From Deferribacterales bacterium (GTDB lineage: Bacteria; Chrysiogenota; Deferribacteres; Deferribacterales; Geovibrionaceae): a stretch of 64,000 bases of DNA. The notes below the pieces were generated by a model. It had not been told where the DNA came from. It saw only the letters and a list, made by a program, of their open reading frames with translations, and searched no databases. The stretch spans positions 256,001 to 320,000 of the forward strand of contig JBFWLW010000001.1 in assembly GCA_050251945.1 (NCBI GenBank), in the 5' to 3' direction. How positions within the stretch are numbered: the first letter of the stretch is position 1; each line of letters starts with the position of its first letter. Position numbers and translations under genes: made by a program. Shown piece after piece: positions 30,450 through 40,601 of the stretch.

Positions 30450-31820
30450 ATGGCAAGAATACTGATTATTGATGATGAAAAAGGAATATGCACGGCCATT
30501 AAAGATATCCTTGAAGACGAAGGATATGCGGCTGATTACGCACTGACTTTCGCTGACGGTTTTGCTCAGCTTAAAAAATGCGTTTACGACATACTGTTTC
30601 TGGACATCTGGCTTCCCGACAAAGACGGCATAGACGGTCTGCGTGATATTAAAAGCTATTTTCCCGACCTTGAGGTTGTGATAATCAGCGGTCACGGAAA
30701 CATCGAAAACGCCGTTGAGGCAACCCGCAGGGGCGCGTACGACTTCCTCGAAAAACCCTTGTCGCTGGAACGCATACTCCTTATCGTAAAACATCTTACG
30801 GACAAATTCCAGCTTATGCACGACCTGCGTGAAACCAGAAGCGACCTGATCAAAAAATACGACATTATCGGTGTCAGCAGACCCATAAACGAACTTAAAA
30901 AGAAGATCGAAAAGATAGCCCCCACAAACGCTTGGGTTATGATAAACGGTGAAAACGGCACAGGAAAGGAACATGTTGCACGTCTTATCCATATGCTAAG
31001 CCGCAGAGCGAAGGATGCGTTCGTAGAGATAAACTGCGCCGCCATCCCTTCGGAACTGCTGGAAACAGAGATGTTCGGACATGAAAAAGGCTCTTTCACA
31101 GGGGCTGTTGCTCAGAAAATGGGTAAATTTGAAGAAGCGGACAACGGCACCGTATTTCTCGACGAAATAGGCGACATGACGATGCCCTCACAGGCGAAGC
31201 TTCTGCGCGTGCTGGAAAACAACAGCTTCACCCGCGTAGGCGGCAATACGCCCTTTAAATCTGATTTCAGGCTTATAACAGCCACAAATAAGAATCTCGA
31301 AGAGGAGATAGAGGCGGGGAACTTCCGCGAAGACCTCTATTACAGAATAAACGTGGTACCGCTTACCGTTCCGCCTCTGCGCGAACGCAAAGAGGATATA
31401 CCGATACTGATGCAGCATTTCATCCGCGAGGCCTGCTCGCTGAACGGTCTTGAACTGAAAAAGGTCAGCCTTCAACTCATGGAGCTTTTCATGGTTTTTG
31501 AATGGCCGGGGAACGTCCGCCAGCTTAAAAACCTGATAGAACGTATGGTTGTGCTTTCCGAACATGAGACCATGGACGTTGAAGATGCTCCCGATTTCCT
31601 GCGCGCATTGGAAGAGGACAAATACGAGTCCGAGAACGGTGCGGCTCTGCGCAACGCGAAGGAAGGTTTTGAAAAACAGTATATTCTCCAGACACTTCAG
31701 GCGAACGACTGGAACATAAGCCAGTCCGCGAAAATACTTGAGATAGAACGCACCTATCTGCACCGCAAAATTAAAGTGTACGGGCTGGAAAAGTTTAAGC
31801 CTGTCGATGGAAAAGCCTGA
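30450..31820 (+). CDS. ntrX: NtrX-like sigma54-dependent response regulator
   Basis: REC (LDIWLPD), GENGTGKE, GSFTGA, WPGNVRQL, C-terminal HTH. Confidence 0.9.
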   Translation: MARILIIDDEKGICTAIKDILEDEGYAADYALTFADGFAQLKKCVYDILFLDIWLPDKDGIDGLRDIKSYFPDLEVVIISGHGNIENAVEATRRGAYDFLEKPLSLERILLIVKHLTDKFQLMHDLRETRSDLIKKYDIIGVSRPINELKKKIEKIAPTNAWVMINGENGTGKEHVARLIHMLSRRAKDAFVEINCAAIPSELLETEMFGHEKGSFTGAVAQKMGKFEEADNGTVFLDEIGDMTMPSQAKLLRVLENNSFTRVGGNTPFKSDFRLITATNKNLEEEIEAGNFREDLYYRINVVPLTVPPLRERKEDIPILMQHFIREACSLNGLELKKVSLQLMELFMVFEWPGNVRQLKNLIERMVVLSEHETMDVEDAPDFLRALEEDKYESENGAALRNAKEGFEKQYILQTLQANDWNISQSAKILEIERTYLHRKIKVYGLEKFKPVDGKA

Positions 31821-32290
31821 TGGGTAAATATCTTATGGGTTCGGTTCTGGTGGCGCTGATAGCGTTTCTGTTTGTAAACTACGCCCTTAAAAATTCAGAA
31901 ATTTCAAAAAAGATAGACGAAGCAACCGACGTTCCGTCAGGAGAGTTTAGCTCGATAGACATAAAAGAGAACTCCGACGGCACATATGCGCTGGAACTTT
32001 CCGGGGCTAAGCTTTACTCCAGCAGGGTAGGCACCAGAACGATGTGCGAAGGGGATTTAAAAGTGATCTTCCCGCGCGAAAAAGATGCAAAACTGGTTCT
32101 TAAATTCCGTCACAACATTGCGCCCATGCTTGCAAAACCTCTGCGCGGCATAGACCCGGACGAAGCTGTCACCAAAGAGGGAAAAGACATCATGGCGCAA
32201 TCCCTGAAAGACGGATATGCTGCCCAATACAATATCACAAGCATTAAAGACGTGATATTCAATAACTTTTCCTGCACAACAATCCAGTGA
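31820..32290 (+). CDS. FliL-like single-pass membrane protein
   Basis: N-terminal TM; C-terminal EGKDIMAQSLK...IKDVIFNNF resembles the FliL ending. Confidence 0.55.
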   Translation: MGKYLMGSVLVALIAFLFVNYALKNSEISKKIDEATDVPSGEFSSIDIKENSDGTYALELSGAKLYSSRVGTRTMCEGDLKVIFPREKDAKLVLKFRHNIAPMLAKPLRGIDPDEAVTKEGKDIMAQSLKDGYAAQYNITSIKDVIFNNFSCTTIQ

Positions 32291-32299
32291 TCAATTTTC

Positions 32300-32351
32300 T
32301 TGACTTTTACTCCTGTTGAGCTATTATACTCATAGGCGAACACCTGTTCGC
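32300..32351 (+). promoter_or_regulatory. lexA promoter with SOS box CGAAC-ACCT-GTTCG
   Basis: TTGACT 32300-32305, TATTAT/TATACT 32322-32330, palindrome GCGAAC-ACCT-GTTCGC 32336-32351. Confidence 0.85.
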
Positions 32352-32365
32352 TCATGGAGGGCGAT

Positions 32366-32965
32366 ATGACAGACAGGCAGAAAATGTTCATGCAATTCAT
32401 TGATAAGTTCATAAGAGATAACGGATATTCGCCATCTGTCCGTGAAATAGCCAAAGGCATGGGACTCTCGTCAACAGCCAGCGTAAAAAACATGCTGGAC
32501 AGACTCACGCAGTCGGGTGCTTTAAGGCGCACTGAAAACATCGCGCGCAGTCTTGAGAAACCTTCGCAGGGGATACCTGTACTCGGACGTATCAAAGCCG
32601 GTCTGCCCGTCACATCGGAAGAGAACGTGGAAGGCTACATACGTCTGGATAAACCCATTAGCGAAGACCACTTTTTTCTGCGGGTGGACGGCGACAGTAT
32701 GAAAGATAAAGCGATTCTTGACGGTGACTGTGTTCTGATACGTCAGACGAATCAGGTCACAAGCGGTCAGATGGGCGCATTCCGCATTAACGGCGAAGTC
32801 ACCCTTAAAACATTTGAAAGAACATCCGCCGGAGTTTTTCTGATGCCCGCCAATCCGGACTTTGCTCCGATCCCCGTTGGCGAATATGACGATTTCAGGG
32901 TCATCGGCACCGTAAAAATGGTGATACGCGCTCTGGAGGGTGGCTATGATATTGAACCTGCATGA
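32366..32965 (+). CDS. lexA: LexA repressor
   Basis: GYSPSVREI wHTH, Ala-Gly cleavage site (KAG), GDSM serine, TLK lysine; SD ggagg. Confidence 0.95.
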   Translation: MTDRQKMFMQFIDKFIRDNGYSPSVREIAKGMGLSSTASVKNMLDRLTQSGALRRTENIARSLEKPSQGIPVLGRIKAGLPVTSEENVEGYIRLDKPISEDHFFLRVDGDSMKDKAILDGDCVLIRQTNQVTSGQMGAFRINGEVTLKTFERTSAGVFLMPANPDFAPIPVGEYDDFRVIGTVKMVIRALEGGYDIEPA

Positions 32966-33197
32966 AAAAGTGCGTGTCGGCGCGGTCTTTGAAAACAGCC
33001 CCAGACCTGTATGGTTCAGCCTTCGAGGCGAAAAAGTCACCGTTAAAGATATCTGCTACCGCTGGAAAGAACGTGCGGGAAACGACATCGTACACAAATA
33101 CACGGTTACCGACGGTCTCAATGTGTTTGAGCTGTCATTCAGCGGTCTTGATGCCTGCTGGTATCTTGAGGGTATGGACGAAGGGGACGGCAAGTGA
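32946..33197 (+). CDS. Small protein, DUF6504 / ImuB C-terminal-like
   Basis: PVWFSLRGEKVTV..I..RW..YTV..FEL..WYL pattern; SD ggaggg; overlaps both lexA and dinB. Confidence 0.7.
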   Translation: MILNLHEKVRVGAVFENSPRPVWFSLRGEKVTVKDICYRWKERAGNDIVHKYTVTDGLNVFELSFSGLDACWYLEGMDEGDGK

Positions 33198-34405
33198 TAC
33201 TCTGTATGGACATGGACGCTTTCTTCGCGTCTGTGGAGCAGTCTGCAAATCCGCATCTCAGGGGCAAACCAATAGCTGTCATCGGCGCTAAAGAGAGGAC
33301 TGTCGTCGTTACGAGTTCATACGAAGCGAGGGCGGAGGGCGTCAAAACAGGCATGAGCAAATATGAAGCTCTCAAAGTTTGTCCGCATGTCACTCTGGTC
33401 ACAGCCAGCACTGGAAAATATACTTATATATCAACTGAAATAAACAAATATCTCAGAACCATAACACCGGAAGTGGAGGTCTATTCCATAGACGAGGCGT
33501 TTCTGGATATTTCTAAGACCGACATCAATCCAGTTGATGCGGCATACATGATAAAGTCCTTTGTTAAGAAGACATTCAATATAACCTGCTCGGTCGGGGT
33601 CGGTCCGAATAAGCTGATAGCGAAGATGGCGAGCGGGATAAACAAGCCTGACGGATTCTATATGGTGGAATCTGATGAAGTGATTGATTTCATTGACGGC
33701 TTTGAACTCGGAGATATATGGGGGATAGGGCGCAGACTGGCAAAGCGTTTCCGCGAGCTTGGAATCTTTACCCCGAAAGACCTGCGTGATTTCGGGCAGG
33801 AGCGGCTTGAAGAGATGTTCGGCATATACGGTACACGGCTTTATAAAATGGTATGCGGGCAGTATGCCGGCGGCGTGGTGTCCGAAGAGCCGCCTGTAAA
33901 ATCCATCGGACACAGCATGACGATGCCTGTATTTCTGACTAAGCGGGAAGAAGCGCTTAATTATCTGCTCCAGCTTTCGGAAATGGTATCGGCACGGGCA
34001 AGGAAGAACGGTTTTGCCGGCAAAACCGTGCACCTGACCATCCGCGACACACAGATGGGCAATATCGGCAAACGGAAGACGTTCGGATTTTTTACTTCGG
34101 CAACGCACCACATATATGAGGAAGCGGTCGCCATATTCGACGAGATTTGGGATAAAACACCGATCAGATTGCTTGGCGTTACGCTTGGAAGCCTTGTTTC
34201 AGAGTATGTTGCACTTACAAATATAATGGATGACTTTCAGAAATACCCACAACTTTATGATGCAATAGATAAAATAAACTCAAAATTTGGAAAACATACT
34301 GTTTCTTATGCCTCTGTGCTGAACTGCAAAAGGATAGGCGCAAAGACCATTTCTCCGGCGTGGCGTCCCGATGGAACAAGGAATGTGGATATCACTTCCG
34401 ATTAA
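33194..34405 (+). CDS. dinB: Y-family DNA polymerase (DinB / Pol IV type)
   Basis: DMDAFFASVE, SYEAR, YSIDEAFLD, KPDG. Confidence 0.95.
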   Translation: MILCMDMDAFFASVEQSANPHLRGKPIAVIGAKERTVVVTSSYEARAEGVKTGMSKYEALKVCPHVTLVTASTGKYTYISTEINKYLRTITPEVEVYSIDEAFLDISKTDINPVDAAYMIKSFVKKTFNITCSVGVGPNKLIAKMASGINKPDGFYMVESDEVIDFIDGFELGDIWGIGRRLAKRFRELGIFTPKDLRDFGQERLEEMFGIYGTRLYKMVCGQYAGGVVSEEPPVKSIGHSMTMPVFLTKREEALNYLLQLSEMVSARARKNGFAGKTVHLTIRDTQMGNIGKRKTFGFFTSATHHIYEEAVAIFDEIWDKTPIRLLGVTLGSLVSEYVALTNIMDDFQKYPQLYDAIDKINSKFGKHTVSYASVLNCKRIGAKTISPAWRPDGTRNVDITSD

Positions 34406-34449
34406 TTAAAACATTGATCAGATTTTCCGTAAAAAAGACAGCAGTTTTC

Positions 34450-34478
34450 TTGACTTGAAATATCAAATCAACTAATAT
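34450..34478 (+). promoter_or_regulatory. Sigma70-type promoter for the hom operon
   Basis: TTGACT-N17-TAATAT. Confidence 0.6.
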
Positions 34479-34529
34479 CGTTGGACATAATTTTTAACGG
34501 TTGTATTGTATCCAAATTCGGAGGAATTA

Positions 34530-35849
34530 ATGTCTAAGAAAGTGAACGCAGGTCTGATCGGATACGGGACTGTAGGCAAGGGAACCGCTGATATTCTGCT
34601 TAAGAACAAACAGGATATCTTTGAAAAAACGGGTATCGACATCTGCCTCAAAACGATCGCAGATCTTAAAATAGATAAAACGAAACTGGATGATACGCTT
34701 GCGCTTTGTCAGGTTGTAACGAACAACGCAGAGGATATCATCAATGACCCCGAAATAGATATAGTCATTGAACTTGTGGGCGGATATACCTTTGCGAAGG
34801 ATATCATCCTTAAAGCCCTTAATGCGAAAAAACATGTTGTGACAGCTAATAAGGCACTTCTTGCCGTACACGGTGCAGAGGTTTTCAAAGCTGCGCAGGC
34901 AAATAACGTCACAATCGGTTTCGAGGGCGCCGTCGGCGGCGGCATACCGCTTATCGGAGTGCTTAAGGAAGACCTTGTCGGCAACAATATCAAAGAGATA
35001 TTCGGCATCATCAACGGGACAGCCAACTATATTCTTTCATCCATGGAGTCAGAAGGTAAGGAATTCTCCGAAGTGCTTAAAGCTGCACAGGAAAAAGGCT
35101 ACGCAGAAGCAGACCCGACATTCGATATCGAAGGTATCGACACCGCACACAAGATAGCTATTCTTGCGTCAATCGGTTTCAAAACGCTGATTCCATTTGA
35201 TCAGATATACGTTGAGGGCATATCCAACATTAAAAAAGTGGATATTGAGTTCGCTAAGAAGCTGAACTGTAAGATAAAACTGCTGGCTATAGCAAAGAAA
35301 CACGATGATTGCATCGAAGTGCGCGTTCACCCCACAATCCTGCCCAACTCAGAGATGATGGCGCAGGTCAGCGGTGTTTTCAACGCGGTTGAATTCATCG
35401 GCGACAGCGTGGACAAGACTATGTATTACGGACGCGGGGCGGGCGGCAAACCCACAGGTTCTGCCGTTACGGCGGACGTTGTTTCAATCGCGCGCGATAT
35501 CGCCGGCGGATGCGCAGAACGTGTCCCCGTGCTTGGATTCACCAGAGATTTCGATTATTACTACCCCATCAGAGATATAAAGGATATTAAGTCCAAGTTT
35601 TACCTGCGTTTCACAGTTCTGGACGAGCCCGGAACTCTGGCTAAGATAGCGGGAATACTTGGCAAATACGGCATAAGCATTTCGCAGGCTATCCAGCCCG
35701 ACGACAGAGCGCCCGGTGCGGTTGTCACAATGGTTTTTATGACTCACAAGACTGTTGCGAACAATATCATGAAAGCTATTGCCGAAATAGACAGTGAGGA
35801 CTGTGTAAGCGACAAAACAGTCGCTATAAGAGTTAAGGAGCTTGTGTAA
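34530..35849 (+). CDS. hom: Homoserine dehydrogenase with ACT domain
   Basis: GYGTVG, VTANKAL, NGTANYIL, GYAEADP; SD ggagg before ATG 34530. Confidence 0.97.
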   Translation: MSKKVNAGLIGYGTVGKGTADILLKNKQDIFEKTGIDICLKTIADLKIDKTKLDDTLALCQVVTNNAEDIINDPEIDIVIELVGGYTFAKDIILKALNAKKHVVTANKALLAVHGAEVFKAAQANNVTIGFEGAVGGGIPLIGVLKEDLVGNNIKEIFGIINGTANYILSSMESEGKEFSEVLKAAQEKGYAEADPTFDIEGIDTAHKIAILASIGFKTLIPFDQIYVEGISNIKKVDIEFAKKLNCKIKLLAIAKKHDDCIEVRVHPTILPNSEMMAQVSGVFNAVEFIGDSVDKTMYYGRGAGGKPTGSAVTADVVSIARDIAGGCAERVPVLGFTRDFDYYYPIRDIKDIKSKFYLRFTVLDEPGTLAKIAGILGKYGISISQAIQPDDRAPGAVVTMVFMTHKTVANNIMKAIAEIDSEDCVSDKTVAIRVKELV

Positions 35850-37016
35850 ATGAAATTTGTTGTGCTGCTCACCGACGGGATGAGCGATCATAAAATAGAG
35901 GAGCTTGGCGGTAAAACCGTCATGCAGGCGGCAAATAAGCCTAACATGGACATGATGGCGAAAGAGGGTGTCGGCGGATTCATAAAATCCACTCCGGACG
36001 GATATTATCCCGGCAGCGACATCTGCAACCTTTCGCTTATGGGCTATGATCCTACAGTGTATTATTCAGGCAGAAGCCCTCTTGAGGCCGGAAGTCAGGG
36101 CATAGAACTTAACAAAGGCGATATGGCGTTCCGCTGTAACCTTGTTACCCTTGACGGAAAAGTGATGGACGATTTCTCCGCTCACCATATAGACGGAAGC
36201 GTAGCGAAGGCTTGCATAGCGGAGATTGACAGCATTTTCAGAAGCGAAGGCGCAGAGTTTTACCCGGGCGTTGGCTACCGCAACCTGATGGTGATGCGCA
36301 ATGTGGATTTTGAACTTCAGACCACACCTCCCCACGACATAATGGGGCAGGAATGGGAACAATATCTGCCGAAAGGGAAAGGCGCTGAAAAACTGCTTTC
36401 CATAATGGAGCGCGCCAAAAAGGTCTTTGAAGGCGGAAAATACGGACGCGCAAACAGCATATGGTTCTGGGGCGAGGGCAGCAAGCCCGAAATGCCTGCT
36501 TTTAAAGAGCTTTACGGACTTAACGGCGCTGTTGTTGCGGCTGTCGATCTCATCCGCGGTATCGGCAAATTCGGCGGACTTGAAATTATTGACGTTCCGG
36601 GAGCGACCGGATTCATAGATACCAATTTTGAGGGCAAAGCTGAATACGCATTGAAATCTCTCGAAAAAAATGATTATGTATTCATACACGTGGAAGCCCC
36701 TGATGAAGCAGGACATATGGGCAGTATAAGTGAAAAAATTAAAGCTGTGGAAAACATTGACAGCCGGCTTCTCCCCATACTCCTTGATGGATTGAAAAAA
36801 TTCGGGGATTTCAGAATAATGGTGTCACCGGATCACCCGACACCCGTTAAAAGACGCACTCACGTTGCGGAACCCGTTCCTTGCATAATATACGGAACAG
36901 GTGTTAAACCCGACGGAAACCTTACTTATGACGAGTTTATGAAACCTACGTTTTTCATAGAAGAAGGCTACCGCATAGCAGAATTTTTTCTGAAAAGTCA
37001 CGTTATAAACGGTTGA
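35850..37016 (+). CDS. apgM: Cofactor-independent phosphoglycerate mutase family protein (ApgM / proposed homoserine kinase)
   Basis: [25 protein letters not shown]. Confidence 0.88.
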   Translation: MKFVVLLTDGMSDHKIEELGGKTVMQAANKPNMDMMAKEGVGGFIKSTPDGYYPGSDICNLSLMGYDPTVYYSGRSPLEAGSQGIELNKGDMAFRCNLVTLDGKVMDDFSAHHIDGSVAKACIAEIDSIFRSEGAEFYPGVGYRNLMVMRNVDFELQTTPPHDIMGQEWEQYLPKGKGAEKLLSIMERAKKVFEGGKYGRANSIWFWGEGSKPEMPAFKELYGLNGAVVAAVDLIRGIGKFGGLEIIDVPGATGFIDTNFEGKAEYALKSLEKNDYVFIHVEAPDEAGHMGSISEKIKAVENIDSRLLPILLDGLKKFGDFRIMVSPDHPTPVKRRTHVAEPVPCIIYGTGVKPDGNLTYDEFMKPTFFIEEGYRIAEFFLKSHVING

Positions 37017-37038
37017 CGGCTTTTTAAGGAGGACTTTA

Positions 37039-38253
37039 GTGGGCATTGTAGTTATGAAGTTCGGCGGAACCAGTGTCGGCTCCATAGAACGCATCAAAAA
37101 TGTCGCGAGAATCATCGCAAAAAAGAAAGATCAGGGGCATGACGTTGCATGTGTGGTTTCTGCCATGTCCGGCGAAACGGACAGGCTTATCAACCTCCTG
37201 AAAGAGATTGACCCTAAGTACAGCCCCAGAGAATACGACCAGCTCGTATCCACAGGCGAATCTGCAAGCTCACCACTTGTGGCACAGGCGCTTATTTCAA
37301 TGGGCTATCCGGCGGTTTCACTTACGGGCATCCAGATCGGCATGGTTACAAACGGAGCGCACTCCAACAGCCGGATCATGGATGTTAAGGCTGACCGCAT
37401 CAAAGAAGAATTCAAAAAAGGAAAAGTATGCATTATTGCAGGTTTTCAGGGTCTCTTCCCCGAATCAGGCGACATTACGACGCTTGGCAGGGGCGGTTCC
37501 GACACGTCCGCAGTTGCAGTTGCTGCGGCGCTGAAGGCCAACGTATGCGAAATATATACGGACGTTGACGGTGTTTACACCGCCGACCCCAGAATAGTTA
37601 AACATGCCAAAAAACTTGATAAGATTTCATACGATGAAATGCTGGAACTTGCATCACTGGGTGCAAAGGTTCTCCAGTCAAGAAGCGTTGAACTCGGCAT
37701 GAACCACAATGTTGACATCATGGTTCTTTCATCCCTTGAGGAAAAACCCGGAACATTAGTAACCAAGGAGGATTCAGACATGGAGCAGGTCGTTGTAACC
37801 GGCGTAGTTTCAGACAAAAATCAGGCGAAAATTACTATTACGGCTGTTCCGGACAACCCCGGAATCGCATCACAAATATTTAATAAAATTGCCGATAGCA
37901 ATATCAACGTTGACGTTATCGTTCAGAACGTCGGAAAGGACGGAAATACTGATATGTCCTTCACCGTGCAGAAAACAGATCTTCTGCGCGCTACAGACGT
38001 CTGCAACGCCATCGCAAAAGAGATAGGTGCCAAGGAGGTTTTGGCTGATGAGAACATCGCCAAAGTATCTATTGTCGGCGTGGGTATGAGAAGCCACGCA
38101 GGCGTAGCGGCAAAGATGTTCTCTCTCCTCGCGGAGAATAACATAAATATAAAAATGATAACCACCAGTGAGATAAAAGTTTCATGCGTTGTTGAGGAGA
38201 AATTCTCCGAACTCGCGGTCAGAATACTGCACGAGGCTTTTGTCGAAGCGTAA
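37039..38253 (+). CDS. lysC: Aspartate kinase
   Basis: [26 protein letters not shown], two ACT domains. Confidence 0.97.
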   Translation: MGIVVMKFGGTSVGSIERIKNVARIIAKKKDQGHDVACVVSAMSGETDRLINLLKEIDPKYSPREYDQLVSTGESASSPLVAQALISMGYPAVSLTGIQIGMVTNGAHSNSRIMDVKADRIKEEFKKGKVCIIAGFQGLFPESGDITTLGRGGSDTSAVAVAAALKANVCEIYTDVDGVYTADPRIVKHAKKLDKISYDEMLELASLGAKVLQSRSVELGMNHNVDIMVLSSLEEKPGTLVTKEDSDMEQVVVTGVVSDKNQAKITITAVPDNPGIASQIFNKIADSNINVDVIVQNVGKDGNTDMSFTVQKTDLLRATDVCNAIAKEIGAKEVLADENIAKVSIVGVGMRSHAGVAAKMFSLLAENNINIKMITTSEIKVSCVVEEKFSELAVRILHEAFVEA

Positions 38254-38271
38254 TCTTTTGAAGGAAGAATT

Positions 38272-39855
38272 ATGTCAAAAAAGATAGAGATATACGACAC
38301 CACGCTGAGGGACGGTACTCAGTCGGAGGACGTTAACTTTACCATAGCGGATAAAGTGAAGATAGCCGAAGCACTTTGCGATTTCGGCATCAGATATATC
38401 GAAGGCGGCTGGCCTGGTTCCAACCCCAGAGATATCGGCTTTTTCCGTGAAGTAAAAAAATCTTCCGTACCGATAGACCATGTTGCGGCTTTCGGAAGCA
38501 CAAGACGTGCAAAAAGAACATGTGACAACGATGAAAATATTCAGGCGCTCCTTGAAGCGGAAGTCCCCAACCTTACCATATTCGGAAAGACCTGGGATCT
38601 GCACGTTACAGAGGCGCTTAAAATTGAGCTTGAGCAGAACCTTGAGATAATCCACGACTCCGTTTCATACCTTAAGTCCAAAGTGGACAAGGCTTTTTAT
38701 GATGCGGAACACTTTTTTGACGGTTTCAAGGCAAACAAAGAATACGCCATTAAGACCGTTAAGGCGGCTATGGAGGCAAAAGCTGACTGCATTATACTTT
38801 GCGACACAAACGGCGGCACCATGCCTCAGGAACTTGCGGATATCATCCGTCAGCTCCGCGAGGTAACAGGTGACTATCCGCTGGGCATTCACTGCCACAA
38901 CGACAGTGACTGCGCCGTGGCTAACTCCGTTATGGCTGTCATAAACGGTATAACTCAGGTTCAGGGAACAATAAACGGTTACGGCGAGAGATGCGGCAAC
39001 GCAAACATCTGCTCGGTTATCCCGAATCTCCAGCTTAAATACGGATATGAATGTGTACCTGCCGACAAGCTGAACAGACTTCGCAGTGTATCCAGATACA
39101 TAAACGAGCTTGGCAACCTGAAACACAATATCCACCAGCCTTATGTCGGACGTGCGGCGTTCGCTCACAAGGGCGGGGTGCATGTCAGTGCCATTCTGAA
39201 AAATGCTAAAACCTACGAACACATAGAGCCCGAACTGGTGGGCAACAAGCAGAGAGTTCTGCTTTCCGACCTTTCCGGTAAATCCAACCTCGTTTACAAA
39301 GCAAAAGACTTCGGTCTTGATATCGACAGCAACGATCCGAAGGTGAACGCAGTTGTGGACAGGCTGAAAGAGCTTGAAAACAAAGGCTTTCAGTATGAAG
39401 GTGCGGAAGCTTCCTTTGAACTTCTGATGAGAAAGACAATGGGAACCTTTACTCCTTTTTTCGATTCCATGAGCTACAGAGTTATCGACGAGAAGAACAG
39501 CAGCAACGACAATCCTCTGGCTGAGGCTACCGTTATGCTTATTGTGGGCGAAGAGCAGGAACATACTGCGGCATCTGGCAACGGTCCCGTGAACGCACTT
39601 GATAAAGCTGTACGCAAAGCGCTTTCCAAATTTTACCCCCGTATCGCCGATATGGAACTTGTGGATTATAAGGTTCGCATCCTGTCGTCAGGCGAGGGCA
39701 CCGAGTCTGTAACCCGCGTTCTTATCGAATCAAAAGATAAAGACAGCACATGGGGGACAGTGGGTGTTGCGGCAAACATTGTGGACGCATCATATCAGGC
39801 GCTGATGGACTCCATCGAATACAAACTAATGAAAGATAAAGAGCGTACAAACTAA
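38272..39855 (+). CDS. cimA: Citramalate synthase
   Basis: DTTLRDGTQ, YIEGGWPGSNP, FYDAEHFFDG, AHKGGVH. Confidence 0.9.
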   Translation: MSKKIEIYDTTLRDGTQSEDVNFTIADKVKIAEALCDFGIRYIEGGWPGSNPRDIGFFREVKKSSVPIDHVAAFGSTRRAKRTCDNDENIQALLEAEVPNLTIFGKTWDLHVTEALKIELEQNLEIIHDSVSYLKSKVDKAFYDAEHFFDGFKANKEYAIKTVKAAMEAKADCIILCDTNGGTMPQELADIIRQLREVTGDYPLGIHCHNDSDCAVANSVMAVINGITQVQGTINGYGERCGNANICSVIPNLQLKYGYECVPADKLNRLRSVSRYINELGNLKHNIHQPYVGRAAFAHKGGVHVSAILKNAKTYEHIEPELVGNKQRVLLSDLSGKSNLVYKAKDFGLDIDSNDPKVNAVVDRLKELENKGFQYEGAEASFELLMRKTMGTFTPFFDSMSYRVIDEKNSSNDNPLAEATVMLIVGEEQEHTAASGNGPVNALDKAVRKALSKFYPRIADMELVDYKVRILSSGEGTESVTRVLIESKDKDSTWGTVGVAANIVDASYQALMDSIEYKLMKDKERTN

Positions 39856-39861
39856 TAACGC

Positions 39862-39897
39862 AAAGCCGCTTCCGCAAAGGGAGCGGCTTTTATTTTT
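39862..39897 (+). terminator. Intrinsic terminator after cimA
   Basis: aaagccgcttcc...gggagcggcttt followed by T-rich tail. Confidence 0.85.
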
Positions 39898-39970
39898 AAT
39901 AATGCTGCCTAAGATTTAACATCTATTACGATTTCAGTTGAAAATTCCATAAAGAAGTTTATAATAAAGA

Positions 39971-40049
39971 TACCAAACAGACTATTGCCCGGTTATTTCT
40001 ATGCTTTATCCCTCCTCCCCCCTTAAAGCATGTAACCGGGATTTTTTTT
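39971..40049 (+). ncRNA. Candidate small RNA with C-rich anti-SD terminator loop (5' end approximate)
   Basis: TTGAAA-N16-TATAAT at 39938-39965; hairpin 39988-40040 with loop TCCCTCCTCCCCCCT; T8 tract; no plausible ORF. Confidence 0.55.
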
Positions 40050-40050
40050 G

Positions 40051-40497
40051 TCATTTTATCCAGCCGTTTTCGGCGGCAAGTTTCATTATGTTTCTTATAC
40101 AAAATTCGACAGTAAGATGGCAGGTTTTGTATTTACCTATCCCGAACAGTTTTGCTGATTTTGCCGTGATGACACGGCAGCAGGCGCTTGAAAACTCTCT
40201 GCGAAAATCGTCATGAAAGGTACGCACAGCTATTTTCAGCTTATCTATCGGTTCGTCTTTGGTCAGTCTGCCGCCGAGTGTGCTCAGAACGAAAACTCCG
40301 CCTGACAGTGCGCCGCAGATACAGCCGGAGCCGCTTAAACCCTCAACATATGCACTCATCCCGCGTTTTGCATCCTCAGAAAAACATTTTTCAGTGTTTG
40401 TTTCAAATGAGAGAAGCACCGCTTCTGAACATGAATATCCGCTTTTGAAAAGCCTTACTGCGTCTTCTGCCGCCTTGTTCAAGATTTCTTCGGTCAT
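40051..40497 (-). CDS. C-GCAxxG-C-C family putative redox protein
   Basis: GYSCSEAV, ICGALSGG, CCRVI and TC cysteine pattern; SD ggagg. Confidence 0.88.
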   Translation of the reverse strand: MTEEILNKAAEDAVRLFKSGYSCSEAVLLSFETNTEKCFSEDAKRGMSAYVEGLSGSGCICGALSGGVFVLSTLGGRLTKDEPIDKLKIAVRTFHDDFRREFSSACCRVITAKSAKLFGIGKYKTCHLTVEFCIRNIMKLAAENGWIK

Positions 40498-40601
40498 AAT
40501 GAACCTCCGTTTGAAGTTGAACATCGGACTGTTATTTTTGTCAATACATTTGTATTGCGGGCATACTATTATTCCGATATTATGTTTTAATACGGTGTGT
40601 A

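Noticed and set aside
40001..40216. 71-aa + strand ORF starting inside the candidate sRNA hairpin
   Set aside because: No SD, start buried in the stem, crosses a terminator, antisense to a real gene
40051..40497. Selenocysteine readthrough in the C-GCAxxG-C-C protein
   Set aside because: All motif positions are Cys codons; no internal in-frame TGA
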